From an uncultured Spirochaetaceae bacterium (GTDB taxonomy: Bacteria; Spirochaetota; Spirochaetia; DSM-27196; PWMO01): a stretch of DNA of 40,524 nucleotides. Position numbers and translations under genes: made by a program. The DNA is taken from positions 1-40,524 of the forward strand of contig CAYOFA010000004.1 in NCBI GenBank assembly GCA_964402885.1. Direction: 5' to 3'. The notes below the pieces were generated by a model. It worked only from the letters and a program-made list of their open reading frames with translations, made no database searches and was not told the origin of the DNA. Shown piece by piece: positions 7,960 through 16,084 of the stretch (position 1 is the stretch's first letter; the number at the start of each line of letters is the position of its first letter).

Positions 7960-8637
7960 TCACGAATCAATGACACTCTCGAAGAATTGCCACAGCGGCT
8001 CATCGGGCACGGGCGCGGTGATGGTTACCGAATCGCCCGTGAGCGGATGCGCGAAGCTTATGCGGCGCGCGTGGAGGTGAATGCCGCCGCCCCTGTTCGA
8101 CCGGGGAAAGCCGTACTTGAGGTCCCCCTTTATGTGGCAGCCGATGCGGTGCAGCTGTGCACGGATTTGGTGATGGCGCCCGGTCAGCAGATCGATCTCT
8201 ATCAGGTGATAGCGATCGCTCGAGGAGATGTGACGATAGACGAGGGACGCCGGCCTCGCTCCGGGACGCGGCCCGGTGAGGGCATAGGACTTGTTGAGGT
8301 CGCGTTCGTGGAGGATGTAGTGATCGAGCCGCGCCTGTTCCTCCGGCGGCGGGGTGTCGACCACCGCCCAGTAAGTTTTCTCGATGGCCCCTTCCCGCAG
8401 CATTGCATTGAGGCGGCGCAGACAGGCTTCAGTCCTCGCGAAGATGACCGCCCCGCTCGTCGGCCTGTCGAGGCGATGGACGATACCCACGAACGTCTCC
8501 TCGGTCCCACCGAGGTAGCGTCGCAGATCCGCGGCAAGAGGCGTATCGCCGGATTCGTTCCATTCGACCAGTTCGGTGGGCAACTTGTTGACGCAGGCAA
8601 AACAGTCGTCGAGGTAGAGCACGCGGTCTTCGGTCAT
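7960..8637 (-). CDS. RluA-family pseudouridine synthase
   Basis: VHRLDRPTSGAVIFART (catalytic Asp motif HRLDxxTSG) and HQIRAQLHRIGCHIKGDLKYG. No S4 domain. ATG at 8637 chosen; an alternative GTG lies at 8658. Confidence 0.85.
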   Translation of the reverse strand: MTEDRVLYLDDCFACVNKLPTELVEWNESGDTPLAADLRRYLGGTEETFVGIVHRLDRPTSGAVIFARTEACLRRLNAMLREGAIEKTYWAVVDTPPPEEQARLDHYILHERDLNKSYALTGPRPGARPASLVYRHISSSDRYHLIEIDLLTGRHHQIRAQLHRIGCHIKGDLKYGFPRSNRGGGIHLHARRISFAHPLTGDSVTITAPVPDEPLWQFFESVIDS

Positions 8638-8717
8638 TGCATCAGTATGCGCACACACGCGCGGATGTAAAGCGTGGCTTGACGAAGGCCGCGTACATGG
8701 GGAAGGGTAGGTCTGCC

Positions 8718-9422
8718 ATGAGACTCTACATCGTGCGCCACGCAGACCCCGACTACTTCGAGAACACCATCACCGTTCACGGCCACGCGGAGTCGGCGGC
8801 CCTGGCACGACGCCTGGAGCGGGAAGGGATCACAAAGCTCTACTCATCGCCGGTCAACCGCGCCATCCACACCGCCGAATATACCGAGCACCGTCTGGGC
8901 CTCCGTCCCGTCATCCTCCCCTGGGCCGAAGAGTTGCGAGGCCTCTGGGTGCCGAGCGAGGCGCGCGGTCACATCCCGGCCTGGGACCTGGCCGGGGAGC
9001 AGCTTCTGGAGCCCGAGCACATGCGTGCACATGAGGATGACCTCGACTATCCCGAGTTCGCCGGTCTTCCGCTCGCGGAGACGGTAGAATGCATTCGTGT
9101 CCACTCAGACCGCTTTCTGGCAGGACTGGGGTATCGGCGGGAGGGGCATCGGTATCGAGTGGAGAACGCAAACACCGACCGGGTGGCCGTCTTCTGTCAC
9201 GGCGGGTTCGGGATGACCTGGCTCGCCTTGCTCCTTCAGATTCCCCTGCCGCTCGCGTGGGCGGGGTTCTGGCTTGCGCCGAGCTCGGTGACGACGGTGC
9301 TTTTCGACCGGCGCTCGCAGGAATACGCCGTGCCCCGCTGTCTCAACGTCTCCGACATCTCGCACCTGTACGCCTCGGGCTGCGCCCCGCGGCCCCGCGG
9401 CATCGTGGCGAACTTCGACTGA
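8718..9422 (+). CDS. Histidine phosphatase family protein (phosphoglycerate-mutase-like)
   Basis: In-frame ATG at 8718 preceded by GGAAGGG. MRLYIVRHADPD (RHG-type motif), SSPVNRAIHTAE, and a later CHGGF histidine. Confidence 0.8.
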   Translation: MRLYIVRHADPDYFENTITVHGHAESAALARRLEREGITKLYSSPVNRAIHTAEYTEHRLGLRPVILPWAEELRGLWVPSEARGHIPAWDLAGEQLLEPEHMRAHEDDLDYPEFAGLPLAETVECIRVHSDRFLAGLGYRREGHRYRVENANTDRVAVFCHGGFGMTWLALLLQIPLPLAWAGFWLAPSSVTTVLFDRRSQEYAVPRCLNVSDISHLYASGCAPRPRGIVANFD

Positions 9423-9433
9423 ACACCGCGTGG

Positions 9434-10153
9434 TTACTGTCGAGCTCGCGGCGTCATGAACCGGATCTTCTCGAAGATCCGCCGCACATAGTCGATTTCG
9501 AACCTGCGAAGTCCTGCACGAACAAAGATGTCACGAAAGACGCGGGCGCTTTCGCTGCCGTCGGTGTTGCGGTAGAAGCCGAGCTCGTCGAGCGTCGTCC
9601 AGACGGTGTTCACGAGCTCGTTCACGTCGCGGATGCGGGCCACGGCACGACGGGGTTTGAGGTGGCCATGGTGGGCGAAGAGCTCATAGGTAATGATCTG
9701 CACCGCGTGAGAAAGATTGAGAGAGGGGAAGTCGGGCGAGGTGGGGATGGAGACCATGGTGGAGCAGGATGCCACCTCGCCGGTTGTCAGCCCGTGCTGC
9801 TCGCTGCCGAATACGACCGCCACGGCCTCGTCGCCCCTCTCCTCGATATAGGACGGGAGCTCACGCGGCGAGAGGTGGAGCTTGTTGCGCCTCGCACCGA
9901 TGCGGCGGGTGGCGGCGACCGATAGTGAGACGTCGGCCAGAGCATCCGGGAGACTCGCGTAGAAAACAGCCCTCTCGTATACGTCTCCGGCGTGAACCGC
10001 CACGGTCAGTATCTCCTGTTCGTCCAGATCCTCGGGGCTCCCCACGATGGAAAGACGGGTTACTCCCATTGTTTTCATCGCGCGACAGACCGAGCCCACG
10101 TTTGCTGAGGTCTTCGGGTGCACGAGCACCACTCGTACGGCATCGAGATTCAT
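9434..10153 (-). CDS. SpoU/TrmH-class RNA 2'-O-methyltransferase (TrmJ-like)
   Basis: VRVVLVHPKTSANVGSVCRAMKTMG, VVFGSEQHGL and SLNLSHAVQIITYEL are the three SPOUT motifs. The C-terminal extension is as in TrmJ. Confidence 0.85.
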   Translation of the reverse strand: MNLDAVRVVLVHPKTSANVGSVCRAMKTMGVTRLSIVGSPEDLDEQEILTVAVHAGDVYERAVFYASLPDALADVSLSVAATRRIGARRNKLHLSPRELPSYIEERGDEAVAVVFGSEQHGLTTGEVASCSTMVSIPTSPDFPSLNLSHAVQIITYELFAHHGHLKPRRAVARIRDVNELVNTVWTTLDELGFYRNTDGSESARVFRDIFVRAGLRRFEIDYVRRIFEKIRFMTPRARQ

Positions 10154-10239
10154 GACAGGCGGGCATTATTGCGAATTGCTCGCGGTATGTGAAGCCCGCT
10201 TGCTGTCATCGCCCCCCGCCATGTGCTATAGTCGAGGGC

Positions 10240-10524
10240 ATGCAGAACGGAATCTTCTACGTACAGGTCAAGAAGGATCTCAAGAAGGCGTTCGAGGACT
10301 TCTTCCCGCATATGTCTTCCCACTACATCGGGATGAGCAAACTCTTCCGCAAAGACAAGCTCTATCCGGTGCTTGCAACGGAGAAGGTGACGGTGTTCAC
10401 CAAAGACGGGGACGAGTCCGAATCCGCCCGATTCCTCGTTCCCTCGGAGAACGGAAACTTCATCTGGATCCAGTGCGAACTTTTTACGTTTGCAGGATTC
10501 GATCCGGACTCCCAGGCAAAGTAG
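10240..10524 (+). CDS. Hypothetical small protein (94 aa)
   Basis: In-frame ATG at 10240 preceded by GAGGG. Lys-rich, visibly more A/T than the neighbours. No family recognised. Confidence 0.45.
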   Translation: MQNGIFYVQVKKDLKKAFEDFFPHMSSHYIGMSKLFRKDKLYPVLATEKVTVFTKDGDESESARFLVPSENGNFIWIQCELFTFAGFDPDSQAK

Positions 10525-10604
10525 CCTCCCGGCTGCGCCGGCACAGACGGCAAAACGGCGGCTTCGCCGACGGTGGGCACAGAATGCCCGAAAGGAGAAC
10601 GTAC

Positions 10605-11321
10605 ATGTTGACGCTGCCTGTGAAGGGGGGCGATGAGGTCTACAATGTGGACCCCCGGAAGATCATCTGCCTCGGTCTGAACTACCACGAACACATCGAG
10701 GAGAGCCTGTCCATTCAGGTGCAGGGACTCGACAAAGAGGCGCCGAAAGAGCCTGTCCTGTTCTCCAAGACGCCGAACGCTCTGCAGGGCCCGGAGCAGC
10801 CGATCGTTCTCCCTCGGATTCTCGAGTCGTACGCTTTCGAGGACGAGCGCACCGACTATGAGGCGGAATTGGCCATCATCATCGGTCGCGAGGCGAAAGA
10901 TGTGGCGATGGAGGACGCAGCGGAGTACATTTTCGGATACACCTGTGCAAACGATGTCAGCCAGCGCAACATTCAGAACGGGGACCGCTCCGGCTGGTTT
11001 CGGGGAAAATCCTTCGACGGCTTTGCGCCGATCGGACCACGGATCGTCAAAGCCTCAGACATCGGGAACGTACTCGACCTGCACGTCGAAACGCGACTCA
11101 ACGGGGCCGTGGTGCAGAGCTCGTCCACGAAGCTGATGGTTTTCAACGTGTACGAAATCGTAAGCTTCATCTCCCGAAACCTCACGCTGTCCCCGGGAGA
11201 TCTCATCCTCACGGGTACGCCCGGTGGGGTCGGCCCTATCGCGCATGGCGACGTTGTGGAGGTCGAGATCGAGGAAATCGGTGTGCTGAGAAACCCGGTC
11301 GTCGACCCGCGGCGGGCGTAG
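10605..11321 (+). CDS. Fumarylacetoacetate hydrolase (FAH) family protein
   Basis: ATG at 10605, 7 nt after AAAGGAG (10591-10597). KIICLGLNYHEHIEE, YEAELAIIIG, FGYTCANDVSQRN, KSFDGFAPIGP and GDLILTGTPGGVG are hallmark FAH-family blocks. Confidence 0.9.
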   Translation: MLTLPVKGGDEVYNVDPRKIICLGLNYHEHIEESLSIQVQGLDKEAPKEPVLFSKTPNALQGPEQPIVLPRILESYAFEDERTDYEAELAIIIGREAKDVAMEDAAEYIFGYTCANDVSQRNIQNGDRSGWFRGKSFDGFAPIGPRIVKASDIGNVLDLHVETRLNGAVVQSSSTKLMVFNVYEIVSFISRNLTLSPGDLILTGTPGGVGPIAHGDVVEVEIEEIGVLRNPVVDPRRA

Positions 11322-11329
11322 CGCCTGAG

Positions 11330-13513
11330 TCAGCTCAGCGCCGCGAGCTCCTGCACGAGCTCCCGAACCTTGTCGGGCGACTCGAGGAAGTAGTTCGCGC
11401 TCGAGATATCGACACCTACCTTGATGGAGAAATGCTCCTCGGAGAGCATGCTGAAGATATCCTCATCGGTCCAGTCGTCGCCCACCGCGAGCACGAAGTC
11501 CCACTCACCGCCGTCGAGCCACCGAGCTGCGGCGCGCCCCTTGCTGACATCGCTGTTCTTCACCTCGATCATCTTGTTGCCCTCGAGCAGGGAGAGATCG
11601 AGGTTGGAAATGAGGCTCAGAAGCGCGTCCTTGAGCTCCGAGAGTCGTACGGCGGCCAGCTCGGGCTCCGCGCGACGGTAATGCCACACGAGTGAGTAGT
11701 CATTCTCTTCCACGGCCGAGCCCGGCGTGCGGTCGCGGTAGAGCTCGAGGATGGGCAGTATCTCTTCCTTCCAGCCGGGAGTAACCTGCTCCATGAGCTC
11801 CCAGTCGCCGTCCTTCTCTTTCACCCACACCCCGTGGCCGGCGACGATGCTCACCGGGATATCGCCCAGGGTACGATCCAGGAAGTCTTTCTGTCGGCCG
11901 CTGAGGATGACGAGGTGATTCCGCGCGTCGGAGGCAAGGCGCCGCAGCGCATCCCTGGTCGGCGTATCGAGCACGCCGGGCGTCTCGCCGTAGGCAATGA
12001 GCGTCCCGTCGTAATCGAGAAAGATGATGCGACGTTCGCCGTTTCGGTAGCGCTCGTGTATGCGGCCACGGGTCTCGGAGCTGAGGCGCTTGACCCGCAA
12101 TGAGTTCTGCACTTCTGCAATGCCCTCGAGCTTGTGCATGAAGTCCCGTGCCCAGTAGTGGATGTCGTAGCGCTTGAGGCGCATGTGCATCCGGTCGTTC
12201 TTCTCGATCTGCCGACTCTCGGGAAGCTCGAGTCCTTCCTTGATCGTGTCGGCGATCTCGTCGATGTTGTTGGGATTCACCGTCAGCGCCTCGCCGAGCT
12301 CCCTGGCCGAGCCGGCGGTTTCGCTCAGCACCACCACGCCGAGGCGGTCACTGCGGGCGGCGAGATACTCCTTGGAGATCAGATTCATACCGTCACGCAG
12401 CGGTGTGACGAGAAGCATGTCCGATTCCGCGTAGATCGCCGAGAGCTGATGAAACGGGGCAGGGCGGAAGTAGTACCAGACCGGGTTCCAGCCGATCGTG
12501 CCGAAGTCACCGTTGATGATGCTCGTGAGCTCGTCGATCTCGCGCTTGAGCTCCCGGTACTGCGGAACTTCCGTCCGCGACGGCGCCACGATGAGCATCA
12601 GGGTCACGTGCTCACGGTACTCGGGATAGCGCTCGAGAAAGCGGTGAAAGGCCTTGAGGCGGAGCGGGATCCCCTTCGAGTAGTCGAGGCGGTCAACCGA
12701 CAGGATGAGCTTCGGGGTGGTGACCTCCTGCCTCACCCGGTCGCGCTCTTTCTGTACCTCCGGCAGCTCGACGGCGCTCGAGTACTTCTGGTAGTCGATG
12801 CCCATGGGGAAGGCATCCACCTTGATCATCCGGTTGTCGAATCGCACCTGTGCCATGTGATGCTCGGCGGCGAGGATGCGCCGGACACTCGAGAGGAAGT
12901 GCCGCGCGTAGTCATAGGTGTGGAATCCCACGAGGTCGGCGCCGAGAAGTCCCCTGAGAAGCTCCGTGCGCCAGGGGAGAAGCCGGAAGACCTCGTAGGA
13001 GGGAAAGGGGATATGGAGGAAGAAGCCGATGTGCGAGTGCGGCAGAGCCTCTTTCAGCATCTGCGGCAGGAGCATCAGGTGGTAGTCGTGCACCCAGATG
13101 TAGTCGTGCTCGTCGGCCACCTCCATGACACGGTTGAAAAACTTTCGGTTCACCTCCTCGTATGCATCCCATGTCTCGTTCTCGTACTCGGTCATCGTGG
13201 GAAAGTAGTGGAACAGCGGCCAGATGGTGCGGTTGCAGAACCCGTAGTAGAACAGGTCGAGATCTTCACTCGTGAGGTCCACGGCGACGCTCTTGTGGTC
13301 CCGCTTGAGCGTGTCGGCAATCTGAGCCGACTCATCCTCGGTGAGCTCATCGGCGGCGAGGCCGCTCCATCCCACCCACAGGCTGCCTTCCCTCTCATGC
13401 ATCGATTTCAGCCCCGTTGCAAGGCCGCCCATGCTCTGTTTGAACTCGAAGCCGTCGGTAGTACGTGCCACTGATGTTGACATGCGGTTGGAAACGAGAA
13501 TTGTCTTCGCCAT
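11330..13513 (-). CDS. otsA: Bifunctional trehalose-6-phosphate synthase (GT20) / trehalose-6-phosphate phosphatase fusion
   Basis: N-terminal 480 aa carry GT20 OtsA blocks (ILVSNR, GGLATGL, LWVGW, IWVHDYHLMLLP, LSVDRLDYSKGI, PLRDGMNLISKEY). The C-terminal 240 aa carry HAD trehalose-phosphatase motifs (IIFLDYDGTL, ILSGR, VGDDWTDEDIF). Confidence 0.9.
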   Translation of the reverse strand: MAKTILVSNRMSTSVARTTDGFEFKQSMGGLATGLKSMHEREGSLWVGWSGLAADELTEDESAQIADTLKRDHKSVAVDLTSEDLDLFYYGFCNRTIWPLFHYFPTMTEYENETWDAYEEVNRKFFNRVMEVADEHDYIWVHDYHLMLLPQMLKEALPHSHIGFFLHIPFPSYEVFRLLPWRTELLRGLLGADLVGFHTYDYARHFLSSVRRILAAEHHMAQVRFDNRMIKVDAFPMGIDYQKYSSAVELPEVQKERDRVRQEVTTPKLILSVDRLDYSKGIPLRLKAFHRFLERYPEYREHVTLMLIVAPSRTEVPQYRELKREIDELTSIINGDFGTIGWNPVWYYFRPAPFHQLSAIYAESDMLLVTPLRDGMNLISKEYLAARSDRLGVVVLSETAGSARELGEALTVNPNNIDEIADTIKEGLELPESRQIEKNDRMHMRLKRYDIHYWARDFMHKLEGIAEVQNSLRVKRLSSETRGRIHERYRNGERRIIFLDYDGTLIAYGETPGVLDTPTRDALRRLASDARNHLVILSGRQKDFLDRTLGDIPVSIVAGHGVWVKEKDGDWELMEQVTPGWKEEILPILELYRDRTPGSAVEENDYSLVWHYRRAEPELAAVRLSELKDALLSLISNLDLSLLEGNKMIEVKNSDVSKGRAAARWLDGGEWDFVLAVGDDWTDEDIFSMLSEEHFSIKVGVDISSANYFLESPDKVRELVQELAALS

Positions 13514-13598
13514 ATAAATTCAGTATACGCGCCCGGGGACTCACGGGTAAAGCCGAGGTCGGTTGCGACACCGACCGGGCCTGCGATATAACGGGCGA

Positions 13599-14714
13599 AT
13601 GATTCATGGACACGACGCCGACACGGCGAACTTTCTCAAGAGCCTCGGATTCCCCGCTGTCCGCATCCATCACGCCTTCAATCACTTCGACTTCGTCCGC
13701 CCGTCCCGGCGGATTCTCGTCATCGGTCCCATGGGCTCGGGCAAGACGGAGTACTCCTCGCGCGTGTGGCGGGATTCCCGCATCGTCCTGCGCAAAGCGG
13801 AGGAGCTCGCCGAGATGACGAAGACCGACGGAGCCGACCGGCGGCATGTGTTTTTCATTCGCTCGGCTCTCGACAGAAAGCGATTTCCCGATTACCCGGA
13901 TGATGCACTTGCCTACCGCGGCGGCTACGAGCGGTGCGGCGACAACATCGCCGAGATACAGGACTCCTTCGGCCTGGAGGAGGTCATCCGCGATCATCCG
14001 GAGGTGGGCACATGGATCATCGACGAGGCCTCCTTCTATGATGAGCGACTTGCCTACGTCGTGCGACGGGAGTCGGAGGCGCGGGGGCTCATCTTCATCT
14101 TCCCGTCGCTCATCCTCAATTTCAGGCGATCCATCTTCAACTCCACCGCAAATATGCTGCTCGAAGTCGCCACCGACGTCTTCCCGCTGACGGCGTACTG
14201 TGAGCACGACCACTGTCTGAAAGACTCCTTCTACACCTACCGCTACTACGTGGTGGATGGAGAGGAGTGTCCGGCCCTCTACTTCGACCCCCTGATCATC
14301 GTCGGAGGTGACACAGAGACCGACAGCCCCACCGAGCCGAACTACTGTACCCGCTGCGACGAGCATCACTACCTGCCCGGCAAGGAGTACACCTACCTCG
14401 TGCTCAAGCCGCTCGGTGTGGAGGCCTCGTACGGTCACACCGGTGCGCTCGAGGCGGAACTGCGGGCGCTCAACGAGAACCTCGAGAGCTCCCGACTCTA
14501 CGAAAGCTTTCGCGAGCTCTACGGAGATGCCGAGCCGACGATGACCAATGCCCTGCGCGTTCCCTGTATCGCCGAGAAGGCCCTGGTGTTTCTCTTCGCG
14601 GAGGAGAACCTGCTTGCCGAGGAACAGGTCCGTCGCCTGACGGACAGCCTGGGCCTGGACACCGACTATCTCTCTACACGGCTGGCAGATAACCATCGCC
14701 CAATCCGGTTCTGA
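13599..14714 (+). CDS. Divergent thymidine-kinase-like P-loop protein with N- and C-terminal extensions
   Basis: In-frame ATG at 13599. VIGPMGSGKT (Walker A), WIIDEASF (TK Walker B-like IDEAQF), SLILNFRRSIF (compare TK L..DF.GE.F), then a Cys/His zinc-knuckle pair (AYCEHDHC ... IIVGGDTE...NYCTRCDEHH) in TK order. An extra ~110 aa lies at the C-terminus. Confidence 0.6.
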   Translation: MIHGHDADTANFLKSLGFPAVRIHHAFNHFDFVRPSRRILVIGPMGSGKTEYSSRVWRDSRIVLRKAEELAEMTKTDGADRRHVFFIRSALDRKRFPDYPDDALAYRGGYERCGDNIAEIQDSFGLEEVIRDHPEVGTWIIDEASFYDERLAYVVRRESEARGLIFIFPSLILNFRRSIFNSTANMLLEVATDVFPLTAYCEHDHCLKDSFYTYRYYVVDGEECPALYFDPLIIVGGDTETDSPTEPNYCTRCDEHHYLPGKEYTYLVLKPLGVEASYGHTGALEAELRALNENLESSRLYESFRELYGDAEPTMTNALRVPCIAEKALVFLFAEENLLAEEQVRRLTDSLGLDTDYLSTRLADNHRPIRF

Positions 14715-14761
14715 GGCGGTCGCGGGCCGACTGTTGGCGTTTCGCGCCCGATCGAGTTTGC

Positions 14762-14791
14762 TTGACAACCCGCCGGTCGGCCGGGTACGGT
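14762..14791 (+). promoter_or_regulatory. Candidate sigma70-type promoter for the nucleoside ABC operon
   Basis: Perfect TTGACA (14762-14767), 18-nt spacer, weak -10 TACGGT (14786-14791). It lies ~40 nt upstream of the AAAGGGGG SD and the ATG at 14829. The weak -10 keeps confidence low. Confidence 0.25.
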
Positions 14792-14828
14792 GAAGGCCAT
14801 AGTTCTGTGACATTCAAAGGGGGTAGAA

Positions 14829-16001
14829 ATGAAAAGGACGGCAGTTCTTATCGCTGTTCTGACTGTGCTCGCTGTGCTGCTCGTAGGCTGCGGCCCGGCC
14901 GAAGAAGAGGCCGCCGAAGCCGAGGAGCAGGAGACCGAGTTCCGCATCGGCATTGTCTTCGACGTCGGTGGACGCGGTGACAATTCCTTCAACGATTCCG
15001 CATACCGCGGGCTGCGGCAGGTAGCCGAGGAGTACGATGGCTACATCGCAGACGATCCGGATGACGTCGATTACGGCAACCGTATCGAGCTGAAGTACCT
15101 CGAACCGCGCGAAGGCGGCCAGGACCGCGAGCAGCTGATGCGGGTGATGGCCGAGGACGGCTATGGCCTGATCTTCGGCGTGGGCTTCGCCTTCACCGAC
15201 GTCATCGAAAAGGTCGCGGCTGATTTTCCCGAGACGCACTTCGGCCTCATCGACGGTTTCGTTCCTGACCTCACCGAGGAGTCGAACATCACGTCGATCT
15301 CCTTCGCCGAGCACGAGGGGTCCTTCCTCGTCGGTGCACTTGCCGGCATGTTCGTCGAGGACATGGACGTCGAGAATCCGAAGATCGGCTACATCGGCGG
15401 TATGGACATCCCGCTGATCCACAAGTTCCACGCCGGCTACATGGCCGGGGCGATGTACGTCAACGAGGACCTGCGTGGGGACGACATGACGATGGCTCAG
15501 TACATCGGTCAGGACCCGACGGCATTCAGTGATCCACAGACGGCCAACAGCATTGCTCTCGACATGTACGACGACGGCGCGGAGATCATCTACCACGCAG
15601 CCGGCGCTTCGGGCTCGGGCCTGTTCAACGCCGCCGCCGAGGAGGACAAGTGGGCCATCGGTGTCGACTCCGCTCAGGGCCTGATTCTCGCCGAGTCGGA
15701 CTCCGCGGAGGATCGGGCGATCGCCGAGCACATTCTCACCTCGATGCTGAAGCAGGTCGACAACTCGGTGTTCCTGCTTTCGCAGTCCTACATCGAGAAC
15801 GGCGGAGAGGTATCCGGCGGATACAACACCTACGGCCTCGATGACGACGGCGTGGGCTACGCGGTGCACGAGTACAACGAAGACCTCGTGGCGCCGTACC
15901 AGGACGAGCTCGAAGAGATCAAGCAGCAGATCATCGACGGAGAGATCAGCGTGCCCGATCACGACGACAAGCTCGAAGACTGGGCGGACGAGACCTTCTA
16001 G
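14829..16001 (+). CDS. BMP-family (PnrA/Med/BmpA) ABC substrate-binding lipoprotein, nucleoside-type
   Basis: Lipoprotein signal MKRTAVLIAVLTVLAVLLVGC (lipobox LVGC), then IGIVFDVGGRGDNSFNDSAYRGL, GLIFGVGFAF, GYIGGMDIPLI and WAIGVDSAQ, typical of basic membrane protein family binding proteins. Confidence 0.9.
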   Translation: MKRTAVLIAVLTVLAVLLVGCGPAEEEAAEAEEQETEFRIGIVFDVGGRGDNSFNDSAYRGLRQVAEEYDGYIADDPDDVDYGNRIELKYLEPREGGQDREQLMRVMAEDGYGLIFGVGFAFTDVIEKVAADFPETHFGLIDGFVPDLTEESNITSISFAEHEGSFLVGALAGMFVEDMDVENPKIGYIGGMDIPLIHKFHAGYMAGAMYVNEDLRGDDMTMAQYIGQDPTAFSDPQTANSIALDMYDDGAEIIYHAAGASGSGLFNAAAEEDKWAIGVDSAQGLILAESDSAEDRAIAEHILTSMLKQVDNSVFLLSQSYIENGGEVSGGYNTYGLDDDGVGYAVHEYNEDLVAPYQDELEEIKQQIIDGEISVPDHDDKLEDWADETF

Positions 16002-16032
16002 CAAGGCGCATCGACAGGAAGGCATTCGATTG

Positions 16033-16064
16033 GCGGGGCCCGTCCGGGCCCCGCATAGTTTTCC
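16033..16064 (+). terminator. Intra-operon GC hairpin plus T-tract (attenuator / partial terminator after the binding-protein gene)
   Basis: GCGGGGCCCG-TC-CGGGCCCCGC (16033-16054; 10-nt perfectly complementary arms, so about 8-9 bp after allowing a loop), followed by ATAGTTTT. It starts 32 nt after the SBP stop and ends ~20 nt before the ATPase start. Confidence 0.5.
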
Positions 16065-16084
16065 GCGAACAAAAGGGGAAGCGC

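Noticed and set aside
12134-13474. 446-aa plus-strand ORF
   Set aside because: It is antisense to the trehalose synthase/phosphatase fusion. Its composition is dominated by V/H/R/L/E from reverse-complemented codons.
13395-14813. 472-aa minus-strand ORF
   Set aside because: It is antisense to the TK-like gene, which has ordered P-loop and zinc-knuckle motifs. It has no recognisable motifs and runs through the divergent promoter region.
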